In this document: positions 1 through 8,382 of the stretch, piece by piece
How positions within the stretch are numbered: position 1 is the stretch's first letter
Layout: each line of letters starts with the position of its first letter
Source: Gammaproteobacteria bacterium
GTDB taxonomy: Bacteria > Pseudomonadota > Gammaproteobacteria > Eutrophobiales > Eutrophobiaceae
Length of the DNA: 64,000 nucleotides
Direction: 5' to 3'
Assembly: GCA_965215365.1 (NCBI GenBank)
Contig: CBDCDS010000003.1
Coordinates: 2,240,001 to 2,304,000 of the forward strand
Translations under genes and position numbers: made by a program
The notes under the pieces: model-generated
The model's database searches: none
The model's input: the letters and a program-made list of their open reading frames with translations, nothing else
What the model was told of the DNA's origin: nothing

Positions 1-208
1 TTACGTTGTCCAGGGCTTGTATGAATATCTCCAGGGAATCCGCCTTTTGTTTGGCGCTGACCTGGTCCAGGGCACCGTAAACGATCTTTTCGGCAATGGA
101 TTTCTTGCCACTGCGCATGACCATATTGATAAATTTTGCCAGTACCGTGTTGTGGTATTTCGGGTCCGGCAAAATCTCCCTTTTTTCGGCTTCTCTTCTT
201 CTGGACAT
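1..208 (-). CDS. rpsG: 30S ribosomal protein S7 (N-terminal part, runs off window)
   Basis: Manual translation from ATG at 208: [47 protein letters not shown]; directly downstream of rpsL. Confidence 0.97.
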   Translation of the reverse strand, partial: MSRRREAEKREILPDPKYHNTVLAKFINMVMRSGKKSIAEKIVYGALDQVSAKQKADSLEIFIQALDNV

Positions 209-228
209 GATGCTGGTCTCTGTTCCTG

Positions 229-603
229 TTACGCCTTGGGCTTCTTGGCGCCGTACTTGGAACGACGCTGACGTCGCTCAGCCACGCCTGAGGTATCCAG
301 GGTGCCCCTGACCGTATGGTAACGCACGCCCGGCAGGTCCTTTACTCTGCCGCCACGAATCAGGATAACCGAGTGCTCCTGCAGGTTATGTCCCTCGCCA
401 CCGATATAGGTGGTGACCTCATAACCATTGGTCAGGCGTACCCGGGCCACCTTGCGCAGGGCCGAGTTGGGCTTTTTCGGCGTGGTGGTATATACGCGGG
501 TACACACCCCGCGCTTCTGCGGACAGCTGTCCAGCGCCGGAACATTGCTCTTTACTCGCTGCCGTTTTCTCGGCTTGCGCACCAGTTGGCTAATTGTAGT
601 CAT
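229..603 (-). CDS. rpsL: 30S ribosomal protein S12
   Basis: [10 protein letters not shown]...[11 protein letters not shown]...[11 protein letters not shown]; start at 603 preferred over 633. Confidence 0.99.
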   Translation of the reverse strand: MTTISQLVRKPRKRQRVKSNVPALDSCPQKRGVCTRVYTTTPKKPNSALRKVARVRLTNGYEVTTYIGGEGHNLQEHSVILIRGGRVKDLPGVRYHTVRGTLDTSGVAERRQRRSKYGAKKPKA

Positions 604-787
604 AACACCTTGGACCGTGTAAGTGGTCGTCAACCCTGTTGCATTATGTGGTTAGCAGCACTACAGGGGGGGGGAGCACCGCGAGGCACTCTCACAAATA
701 AAAAAACAACCGCAATAACGGTCGTTTTCTAGCCCCTCAAAGGCAGGTCGGACACCCGTCCCCGGCAACTTCCCAAAAAGAATCGGG

Positions 788-817
788 AGTATAATTCCCT
801 TTTTATCAGTATGTCAA
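788..817 (-). promoter_or_regulatory. sigma70 promoter for rpsL-rpsG operon
   Basis: Minus strand TTGACA-N18-TATACT upstream of rpsL. Confidence 0.6.
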
Positions 818-832
818 GAAGAAAATCACACA

Positions 833-941
833 CTCGACATCTGCTCCAACGACAAGTAGCATAACCTTTTGAGAGTGGAGCTGAGATCATGCCGGTAACA
901 GGCGCTTGACATCTGCTCCAACGACAAGTAGCATAACCTTT
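833..941 (+). repeat. Two 37-bp direct repeats (1 mismatch) separated by 35 bp; each repeat is a promoter-like unit
   Basis: CT(C/T)GACATCTGCTCCAACGACAAGTAGCATAACCTTT at 833-869 and 905-941; second copy reads TTGACA-N17-TAGCAT. Confidence 0.9.
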
Positions 942-951
942 CCCTGCTATC

Positions 952-1121
952 TTAAGGGAACCTCTAAAAATACCCTCCGTGGTATTTTTGCTGTGTAAGT
1001 TTTGCAGATTTACATACTGTCGGGGTGTGCAGCGCCCCGATCATGAGGGTTTAGAGACGGAAATGAAGCAGTATATCCTTATGCTGCACGGCCACCTCGT
1101 GTTTGTGAGAGGCGACCTTAA
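952..1121. mobile_element. MITE family A copy, flanked by TTAA
   Basis: TTAA-GGGAACCTCT...AGAGGCGACC-TTAA; internal modules recur at 17355, 18645, 47653, 55033, 56673, 63408. Confidence 0.8.
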
Positions 1122-1136
1122 GCGAGGAGCGATAAG

Positions 1137-1478
1137 ATGATGCTGAAACACCTATCTGAGTGGGCGCCGATGGTCGCCTTGCTGCTGACCATCGCCGGCC
1201 TGCAAATGACGTTAAACCATAACCTGCGCGCGGATCTGCGCGCGGACATCGGTCGCCTGGACGCGGGCCAGCGGGCGCTCGCCGAGCAGGTCGCCGGTGT
1301 GCGCGAGCGGCTCGCGGCCCTGGAGATTCGCGTAGGACAAATCGAGACTCGCGTAGGACAAATCGAGACTCGCGTGGGACGAATCGAGACTCGCGTAGGA
1401 CAAATCGAGACTCGCGTAGGACAAATCGAGACTCGCGTGGGCCAAATCGAAGCGCGCTTAATGAAAAAACAGTCATGA
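1137..1478 (+). CDS. Small membrane-anchored coiled-coil protein with heptad repeats (ETRVGQI)x6
   Basis: GAGGAG RBS; N-terminal hydrophobic helix; 21-bp tandem repeats at 1323-1448. Confidence 0.75.
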   Translation: MMLKHLSEWAPMVALLLTIAGLQMTLNHNLRADLRADIGRLDAGQRALAEQVAGVRERLAALEIRVGQIETRVGQIETRVGRIETRVGQIETRVGQIETRVGQIEARLMKKQS

Positions 1479-1789
1479 ACGCCATTATCAGCACGCTGTT
1501 CGACCGCCTGCCCGACCTCATCAATCTGGCTGTACTTATCATTGTCTGCGTTCTGTTCACCCGCATCGGCGACTTAAAGGACAGCATCGACAAACGCTTC
1601 GATGATATGAACAAACGCTTCCATGATTTGAAAGAAAGCATCGACAAGCGCTTCCATGATATGAACAGGCGTATCGATGATCAGAAAGATGACATCAAAG
1701 CGCTGAGCCAAAAAGTAGATACTCTGTCAGGTCAGGTGCATCGGATTGAAGGACATCTGGGCCTGCCCCGCACTGGCACGGATGGTTGA
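1475..1789 (+). CDS. Small membrane-anchored coiled-coil protein (DKRFDDMN-type repeats)
   Basis: ATGA overlap with the upstream ORF; TM helix followed by two 18-aa repeats. Confidence 0.75.
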   Translation: MNAIISTLFDRLPDLINLAVLIIVCVLFTRIGDLKDSIDKRFDDMNKRFHDLKESIDKRFHDMNRRIDDQKDDIKALSQKVDTLSGQVHRIEGHLGLPRTGTDG

Positions 1790-1851
1790 GGCAGCAGGCA
1801 ACTTTTCTTTTTATCTCACTGAAAAAAATACCAAAAAAGTAAAAAACCCGC

Positions 1852-1879
1852 TTGACAAACTCGGAGGAAATGCCATAAT
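1852..1879 (+). promoter_or_regulatory. sigma70-like promoter upstream of adhesin
   Basis: TTGACA-N16-CATAAT with TG extended -10; AT-rich UP-like tract upstream. Confidence 0.55.
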
Positions 1880-1881
1880 GA

Positions 1882-1945
1882 ACAGCCGCACAGCCGCACA
1901 GCCGCACAGCCGCACAGCCGCACAGCCGCACAGCCGCACAGCCGC
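1882..1945 (+). repeat. Octanucleotide SSR (ACAGCCGC)x8
   Basis: 8 perfect copies, starting 1 nt after the ATG at 1878-1880. Confidence 0.98.
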
Positions 1946-2004
1946 GTAAGCGCATCTTCGGCGCGCCGCCACCCGCGTGCCTGCTTCTCCGCTCACCATA
2001 GCGT

Positions 2005-2084
2005 CTCCCCGGTTCGTCATACCGGCTCCCCGGTTCGCCATGCCGGCCCCTCAGTGCGTCATGCCGGGCTTGGCCCGGCATCCA
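2005..2084. repeat. Three degenerate 21-bp repeats ending in a REP-like palindrome
   Basis: CTCCCCGGTTCG(T/C)CAT(A/G)CCGG units, then GTCATGCCGGGCTTGGCCCGGCATCCA hairpin. Confidence 0.6.
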
Positions 2085-5000
2085 GTGAGCAACCTTTACC
2101 TTATCATGCTGACCGCAGACCGCCACCGTCGCGCGCAGGTCTGTCCGCCCCGCGCCGCGGCCTCCGCCCGACCCTCGCCGCCGCCCTGCTCGCCCTGCCG
2201 CTGCTGGCCGTCCTCGCGCCGTCCGCGCAGGCGCAGACCACGACCTTGTCCGCCGGCGCCGTGGAAGGCAGTGACGTCAATCAGGAATCCGAAGTCGCCA
2301 CCCCCGCCGCTCTATTTGTGACGGTGACGCCGTTGGCGGCGAGCGTGTCGCTCAGGAACTGCTTCACCAGCTCCCTGTCGACCCCCAGCTTCGTGGTGGA
2401 CCGGGGACGCACCAACCTGACGCTCGACGGCAGCGGCTGCGTCGATCTGACGGGCGACGGAAGCAGCACAACCCAGTTCAGCTTCTCCGTCTATGGAACA
2501 GCGGACACCACCGACGAGCCCGACGAGTTGGTGACGCTGACGATCAGCGAGGATCCCGATAACCTGCTCCCGACCGGGTTCAGCATCGACTCCAATGCCA
2601 ACAGCGCCTTCGTCACCATCCGCGACGACGATCCGACCCTGGTCGAACTCGCCCGCGCGGGCACGGGCGCGGTGCGCGAGGGCGGAACGGTCGAGTTCAC
2701 GGTGACGCTGGGCCGCGACCTCGTGGCGGGCGAGGCGATCGATGTGCCGTTGTCGATCGGCGGGACGGATGTGGACACGGACGACTGGAGCCTGGCGCTG
2801 AAGACCGGGGCGGGGCTGAACACGGGCGTGGCGCTGAGCGGCGAGACCACGGCGACGCCGCAGCTGGCCTTTTCGGGGGGGGCGGCGCGGACTGCGACGC
2901 TGACGCTGACGGCCCTGCTCGACGACGACGCCGGCGCGGAGACGCTGGTGGTCGCGCTCGGGCCGGACGATGCGACGGCGAACGGCTTCGACCGGGACGG
3001 GCTCGCGACCAACGTGGGCGGCGGGGCCGATCCATCGCCGACCGCCAATCGCTTCGAGGTGACGGTGAACGACCCGCCTGCCCCGGCCGCGCCCGCGGGC
3101 TTCGCCGCCGCGGCGGGCGACAGCGAGGCCGTCCTGAGCTGGACCGACCCCTCCAATGCCGCGATCGACGGCTACCAGTTCCGCCAGCGCACGCCGCCGA
3201 CCACCGGCAGGTGGGGCAGTTGGACGGCGATTGCTTCCAGTACCGCTACGACCACCACCCACACGGTCACCGGCCTGACCAACGGCACGGCTTATGGCTT
3301 TGAGGTACGCGCGGTGTCCGGGGGGGTGGCCGGCGCGGACTCGTCCGAGGCCACCGCCACGCCGACGGCCGCCACCGCCGGCGTGACCACGGCGCAGCCC
3401 ACCGACAGGCAGGTGACCGAGGGCAGCACCACGGACACGGCCACCTTCACGGTGGCACTGAGCACCCGGCCGTCGGACACCGTCGCGGTCACCGTCACCG
3501 CCCCCGCCGGGCTGGAGCTCGCCGGCCCGGGCGGCAGCACGTTCAGCGGCAGCGCGTCGCTCGCTTTCACCGCCTCGACCTGGAACGCAGCGCAGACGGT
3601 GACGATGCGCGCCACCGACGACAGCACCGACAGCCCGCTCGGCCGGGAACTGTCCGTTACCTACCGCACATCCTCCCGGGACCGCAGCTACCACAGCCTC
3701 AGCGGCACGGCGGCCACCGTCACGGTGGTGGACAACGATCCGACCACGGTGACGCTCGCGGGCGCCGCCGGGGATGTCGCCGAGGGCGCAACGAAGACCT
3801 TCACCGTCATCTTAGGCCGCGGCCTGGTGAACGGCGAGACGCTGGCAGTGCCGCTGACCTTCGGCGGCGCCGCCACGCGCGGCACGGACTACACCACGGC
3901 CTGCCCGACGACCCTGCCGACCGGGGTGACCTGTGCGAACCTGGACTCCGGGAACGCCGCGGTGACCTTCACCGGGCCGAGCACGGGGACGACGGCGACG
4001 CAGGTGACCCTGACCTTGACGGCGGCGACGGACAGCACCGCCGAGACGGGCGGCGAGACGGTGGACATCGACCTCGGCACGCTGAACGCGAATTCCGGCA
4101 CCGGCCTCGAGGGCGGCGCTTCGGGCACCGACAACTTAGCGGACTTTAGCATCACTGACGGCTCGACGGTGGCCTTCGCCTCGGGCTCGACGGCGGTGAC
4201 GGTGGCCGAGGGCGATGATGATGAGGTCGTGCTCACGCTGACCCTGTCGGCGGCGCGCAGTGCGGCGACGGCGGTGCGGCTCATCGCAGTCGGCACTACC
4301 GCGAGCCAGCATGCGGACTTCACGGGTGGCCCGTACACGGTCAATTTTCCGGCAGGGGACACCACGGCGCCGCTGACCATCGCCATCGTGGACGATAACG
4401 TGCCCGAGGAGAGCGAGGCGTTCGGAGTGACCATAGTCGCCCTGGGCCTCCCCGCCGGGGTGTCGGTGGGCACGCCCAGCGAGGCGACCGTCACCATCCG
4501 CGACGATGACCAGCCCCACCCGGCCCCCACCGGCCTGACGGCGACGGCGGGCGCGGGGTCGGTGGCGCTCGCCTGGCGCTATACGCCGCCCGCCCCGCCC
4601 GCCGTCGACCGCACTGCCGACTTCCAGTACCGCCAGGGCACCGGCACGACAGTCGTCTGGGGCGCCTGGACGACTATCCCCGGCAGTGACGCCGACACGA
4701 GAAGCCACACGGTGAGGGGCCTGACCGGCACCACCGAGTACGCCTTCGAGGTGCGGGCGCGGTCGCGGCCGGGGGGCGGGTTCAGGTCGGGCCAATCCTC
4801 GGCCACAGTGCGCGCCACCCCCTTAGCCGGCCTCGCCGACAACGTACGCGCCTGGGCGGCCGAGAGCGGCTGCGGCACGGCCTGTGCCATGCGCTGGAAG
4901 CGGGTACTCAAGGCGCTGGGGCAGACCGATGCGGACTTAGAGATGCTCACGCCGCTGAGCTACGGCGAGGCGGTGGTACTGACCGTCACCGACAGCGCAC

Positions 5001-5353
5001 AGCGCACCCGCTGGGAGACGGTGGCCGCCGAGCTGGGCGCGCGCGAGGCTAAGCGGGTCGTGCTGACCATCGCCGCCGCCCCGCCCGGGCCGCTGACCGA
5101 GGGCGCCACGGTGACGTTCACACTGACCGCGGCGGTAGCGCCGTCGGTGAGTCTGGTCGGTTTGTTTGTGCAAATCACAGAGGCGTCGGGGAGTGATTTT
5201 CTCGCCGCTGAGGACGAGGGTCTCCGGCGGCTGCCACTCAATGCCGGGGAGACCTCAGCGACATTGGCGTCAAGACTGTCGATGACGACACAGACGAGCC
5301 CAACGGGATGCTCACGGCAAGGATACTGGCACTGCCGGCGCTCTATACGGTAG
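2054..5353 (+). CDS. Large surface adhesin, 5' part (signal peptide, Calx-beta and fibronectin type III domains); frameshifted relative to the 3' part
   Basis: Signal LAAALLALPLLAVLAPSAQA|Q; VTIRDDD/DDNVPEESEAF Calx-beta motifs; FN3 motifs (LSW..P..GYQFR..HTVTGLTNGTAYGFEVRA); start codon uncertain. Confidence 0.85.
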   Translation: MRHAGLGPASSEQPLPYHADRRPPPSRAGLSAPRRGLRPTLAAALLALPLLAVLAPSAQAQTTTLSAGAVEGSDVNQESEVATPAALFVTVTPLAASVSLRNCFTSSLSTPSFVVDRGRTNLTLDGSGCVDLTGDGSSTTQFSFSVYGTADTTDEPDELVTLTISEDPDNLLPTGFSIDSNANSAFVTIRDDDPTLVELARAGTGAVREGGTVEFTVTLGRDLVAGEAIDVPLSIGGTDVDTDDWSLALKTGAGLNTGVALSGETTATPQLAFSGGAARTATLTLTALLDDDAGAETLVVALGPDDATANGFDRDGLATNVGGGADPSPTANRFEVTVNDPPAPAAPAGFAAAAGDSEAVLSWTDPSNAAIDGYQFRQRTPPTTGRWGSWTAIASSTATTTTHTVTGLTNGTAYGFEVRAVSGGVAGADSSEATATPTAATAGVTTAQPTDRQVTEGSTTDTATFTVALSTRPSDTVAVTVTAPAGLELAGPGGSTFSGSASLAFTASTWNAAQTVTMRATDDSTDSPLGRELSVTYRTSSRDRSYHSLSGTAATVTVVDNDPTTVTLAGAAGDVAEGATKTFTVILGRGLVNGETLAVPLTFGGAATRGTDYTTACPTTLPTGVTCANLDSGNAAVTFTGPSTGTTATQVTLTLTAATDSTAETGGETVDIDLGTLNANSGTGLEGGASGTDNLADFSITDGSTVAFASGSTAVTVAEGDDDEVVLTLTLSAARSAATAVRLIAVGTTASQHADFTGGPYTVNFPAGDTTAPLTIAIVDDNVPEESEAFGVTIVALGLPAGVSVGTPSEATVTIRDDDQPHPAPTGLTATAGAGSVALAWRYTPPAPPAVDRTADFQYRQGTGTTVVWGAWTTIPGSDADTRSHTVRGLTGTTEYAFEVRARSRPGGGFRSGQSSATVRATPLAGLADNVRAWAAESGCGTACAMRWKRVLKALGQTDADLEMLTPLSYGEAVVLTVTDSAQRTRWETVAAELGAREAKRVVLTIAAAPPGPLTEGATVTFTLTAAVAPSVSLVGLFVQITEASGSDFLAAEDEGLRRLPLNAGETSATLASRLSMTTQTSPTGCSRQGYWHCRRSIR

Positions 5354-8300
5354 GCAGCCCGGCGGCGGTGTCGGTAGCTATCACTGACAACGACGCGCCC
5401 GGCGCGGTGAGCCCACCCCCGGCTGCCCCGGCCGCCCCGACGGGTCTGACGGCCACACCCGGCACCGGGCAGGTTGTGTTGCGCTGGAGCGCCCCGAGCA
5501 ACAATGCCATCACCGGCTATGAGTACCGCTGGCGCACTCCGCCGGGCAGCGGCCCCTGGGGCGGTTGGACGGCGATTGCCAACAGTGGTGCGACCACCAC
5601 CACCCACACGGTGACGGGTCTGACTAACGCTACCGCCTACGGCTTTGAGATTCGCGCCGTGGCCGGGACGGTAATCGGCGCCGCCTCAGCCGAGGTGAGG
5701 GCAACACCGACGGCGGGCGCGCCGGTGTTGCCGGCGCTGAGCGTCACGGCCGGGGCGAACATCACCGAGGGCGCGGACGCGACCTTCACTGTGACGGCCG
5801 TCCCACCCCCGGCGGCACCGCTGGCGGCGGCCTTGACGGTGGCCCAGCGCGGCGAGTTTGCCAGGCCCGGGCAGCTCGGTGCGCGCACGGTGACGGTGCC
5901 GACCGGTGGCACCACCACGGTGACGGTGAGCACGGTGAACGATGCCACCGCCGAGGCGGCCGGCGAAATCACGCTCACGGTAGGCGCCGGCAACGGCTAC
6001 ACCGTGGCCACGGCCACGGCCACGGTGACGGTGACCGACAACGACACCCCACCCCCCGCTACGCCCACCACGCCCACCACCCCGGCTACGCCCACCACCC
6101 CGGCTACACCCACCACGCCCACCACCCCGGCTACGCCCACCACGCCCCCTGCCAACGACGGCGGCGGCGGTGGTGGCAGCAGCAGCAGTGGCGGCGGCGG
6201 CGGTGGCAGCCCGGCAGCGGCCGCATCCGGCACGGCGGCGGTGACCGTCACCCCGCCCGGCGCACTGCGCGTGGCGGTGGCGGACGCTGCGGCCACGCCC
6301 GATACCGATGAGGGCCGTGTCAGTTATCAGCTCAAACTGTCGCGCCGCCCTGCCGGTACGGTGCTCATCACGCCGGTGAGCTCAGATTCGGCCCTTGCCA
6401 CGGTCAGCGCGCCGCTGCAAATTACTCCGGCCAACTGGACCGCACCGCACCTCGTGACCGTGACCGGCGTGCGCGCCGGGCGGGTGGGCATTACCCACCG
6501 CCTGCGCGGCGGCGGCTATGACGGCGTCCCCATCCCGGAGGTGACGGTCATCGTCGGCGATGGCGGCGCCGACCCACGCAAACACCGACCGGCGGAGCCG
6601 GCGGCTGAGACCGATTCGGCGCCGGGTGCCGACTCCGAGCCGGCCCCGGCCGCGGCCACTGAGACACCCCCTGAGGCGGGTGCTGACGCCACCCCGGCGG
6701 CGACCGAAACCACGCCTGCGACCTCCGCTGAGGCCGGCACCGACACAACCCCGGCACCGGACGCGACCCCAGACGCGACCCCCGCCGTCACCCCGGACGC
6801 AGCTCCGATCCCGGCGGCGACCGAGGCCACGCCCGACCCCGCCCCGGCCGCCGAGCCGGTCGCCCCGGCGCCACTGCCGAGCGGGGCGTTAGCAGCGCTG
6901 GCGCGCAGTCACTTAAATGGTGCGCGCGCCGTGCTGGGGGCGCGTTCAGACGCCGAGACGCAGACCCATAACCACCTCACCTTGGCCGGGCGCACCCTGT
7001 CATGGGAAGCACTGTGGGGCGCTGCCGGTGCTGGCGCCTTCGGTCATGCGGTCGACCCGATAGCACTGAGCCCGGCACTGGCCCACGCGCGCCCCTGGGC
7101 TGATGCCACCGGGCGTTGTGCCTCCTGGACGACCGCCGCCTGCGGCATGGACTTAAGCGCACAGGCCCGTGCCACGAATACCGGCGCTGCGGGTCTGTGG
7201 GAGACGCTGACCTACCAGTTGCTGAGCGGGCAGTTACGCGCCGGCGGGTTAGACCGTGCCTTATGGCAGGACAGTGGCTTTGCCCTGACTTTAAGCCGGA
7301 CGGATGAGGACGGTGCCGGCGCCGGGCGCCGTTGGACGCTGTGGGGGCAAGGTCACGTCCACGCGGTCGCCGCCCTGCCGGCGCACTCCGGCTTAAATAC
7401 CGAGCTGCGCACCGGCTGGGTGGGCTTAGACACCCCTATCGGTGACAGCGCCCGACTGGGTCTGGCCTTATCACGAGAACAAGACCCCAACGGGCTGGCC
7501 GCCGTGCACCCGTACCTGTCCTGGTCTCATGGCACCACCCGCATCCATGCGCTGGGCGGCTTCGGGCGCAGCACCGGGTATGATAGCCCGAGCCCGGGCG
7601 CAGCACCGGCGCCGGCACAAGACGGTAGCATAGTGCCGGATTCCTACCCGCTGGGGCTGACTATGGGCGTCGTGGAAGTGGCACACCCGTTAGGTCACTT
7701 CGCCGGCATGATCTTAGATGTACGCGCCGATTCGTCCTGGGCGCGCTTAGCGCGCTTAGACGATGCCGGCCACACCTTGCAAGCCGAGACGGTGCGCACC
7801 GTGCGTATCGGGCTGGCCGCCGGCGGGCAGTTGCCACCCTGGTCGGCGCACCCGGAGCTCACCTTAAGCCCGTCATTGGCACTGCACGGGCGCACCGACA
7901 CCGGCACCGGGCAGTCCGGGCAGGCGCTGGAGCTCGCCGGCGGACTGGACAGTACCCACGGTCTGTGGCAGCTGACGGTCAAGGGGCGCCTGCTGGCTAT
8001 GCCGGGTGCGACCGGCTATCGCGAACGGGGGTTGCGCTTAGCGGTATCCCGGCGCACCCCCGGCCCGGCGGGCACGAGCTTCAGTGTCGAGTCCCGCTGG
8101 GGCGATGATGCCGGTGCCACCGATACGCTGTGGGCCGAGCGTCTGCACGAGCGGCGCGCCCTGAGCACCCGCCCCACCTGGGCGCTGGAAGTGCGCGCCG
8201 GGCACGGCTGGCGCTTGCCCGGCGGCGCTCAGCTGCGCGGTGCGCTCAGCTTAGGTCACGCCGGGCGCGGCGCCGATGCCCTGCTGACCTTGCAACTGAG

Positions 8301-8382
8301 CCCCGGCGCAGCGCCACCGCCCCCAATCTCCGAGCGCCCCGCCGGGGCGCCGGCACCCACCGCAACAGGAGGCACGCTATGA
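5269..8382 (+). CDS. Large surface adhesin, 3' part (Calx-beta, FN3, Pro/Thr linker, C-terminal autotransporter-like beta-barrel)
   Basis: Frame continues the Calx-beta motif VKTVDDDTDEPNGMLTA from 5269; PTTPAT repeats at about 6046-6150; amphipathic beta-strand C-terminus (WTLWGQG, HPYLSW). Confidence 0.8.
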   Translation, partial: VKTVDDDTDEPNGMLTARILALPALYTVGSPAAVSVAITDNDAPGAVSPPPAAPAAPTGLTATPGTGQVVLRWSAPSNNAITGYEYRWRTPPGSGPWGGWTAIANSGATTTTHTVTGLTNATAYGFEIRAVAGTVIGAASAEVRATPTAGAPVLPALSVTAGANITEGADATFTVTAVPPPAAPLAAALTVAQRGEFARPGQLGARTVTVPTGGTTTVTVSTVNDATAEAAGEITLTVGAGNGYTVATATATVTVTDNDTPPPATPTTPTTPATPTTPATPTTPTTPATPTTPPANDGGGGGGSSSSGGGGGGSPAAAASGTAAVTVTPPGALRVAVADAAATPDTDEGRVSYQLKLSRRPAGTVLITPVSSDSALATVSAPLQITPANWTAPHLVTVTGVRAGRVGITHRLRGGGYDGVPIPEVTVIVGDGGADPRKHRPAEPAAETDSAPGADSEPAPAAATETPPEAGADATPAATETTPATSAEAGTDTTPAPDATPDATPAVTPDAAPIPAATEATPDPAPAAEPVAPAPLPSGALAALARSHLNGARAVLGARSDAETQTHNHLTLAGRTLSWEALWGAAGAGAFGHAVDPIALSPALAHARPWADATGRCASWTTAACGMDLSAQARATNTGAAGLWETLTYQLLSGQLRAGGLDRALWQDSGFALTLSRTDEDGAGAGRRWTLWGQGHVHAVAALPAHSGLNTELRTGWVGLDTPIGDSARLGLALSREQDPNGLAAVHPYLSWSHGTTRIHALGGFGRSTGYDSPSPGAAPAPAQDGSIVPDSYPLGLTMGVVEVAHPLGHFAGMILDVRADSSWARLARLDDAGHTLQAETVRTVRIGLAAGGQLPPWSAHPELTLSPSLALHGRTDTGTGQSGQALELAGGLDSTHGLWQLTVKGRLLAMPGATGYRERGLRLAVSRRTPGPAGTSFSVESRWGDDAGATDTLWAERLHERRALSTRPTWALEVRAGHGWRLPGGAQLRGALSLGHAGRGADALLTLQLSPGAAPPPPISERPAGAPAPTATGGTL

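Noticed and set aside
833-941. CRISPR array
   Set aside because: Only two repeats, weak hairpin, no cas genes in the window, and the repeat parses as a -35/-10 promoter; kept only as an alternative hypothesis.
1051-1647. 198-aa minus-strand ORF with RESRFVL repeats
   Set aside because: Antisense of the two coiled-coil ORFs, which have an RBS and TM helices; its end lies in a MITE.
6046-6210. Pro/Thr and Gly/Ser repeats as a phase-variation tract
   Set aside because: Units are multiples of 3 and only change linker length.
8130-8378. Extended N-terminus of the RTX ORF
   Set aside because: Overlaps the adhesin C-terminus; strong SD and ATG at 8379.
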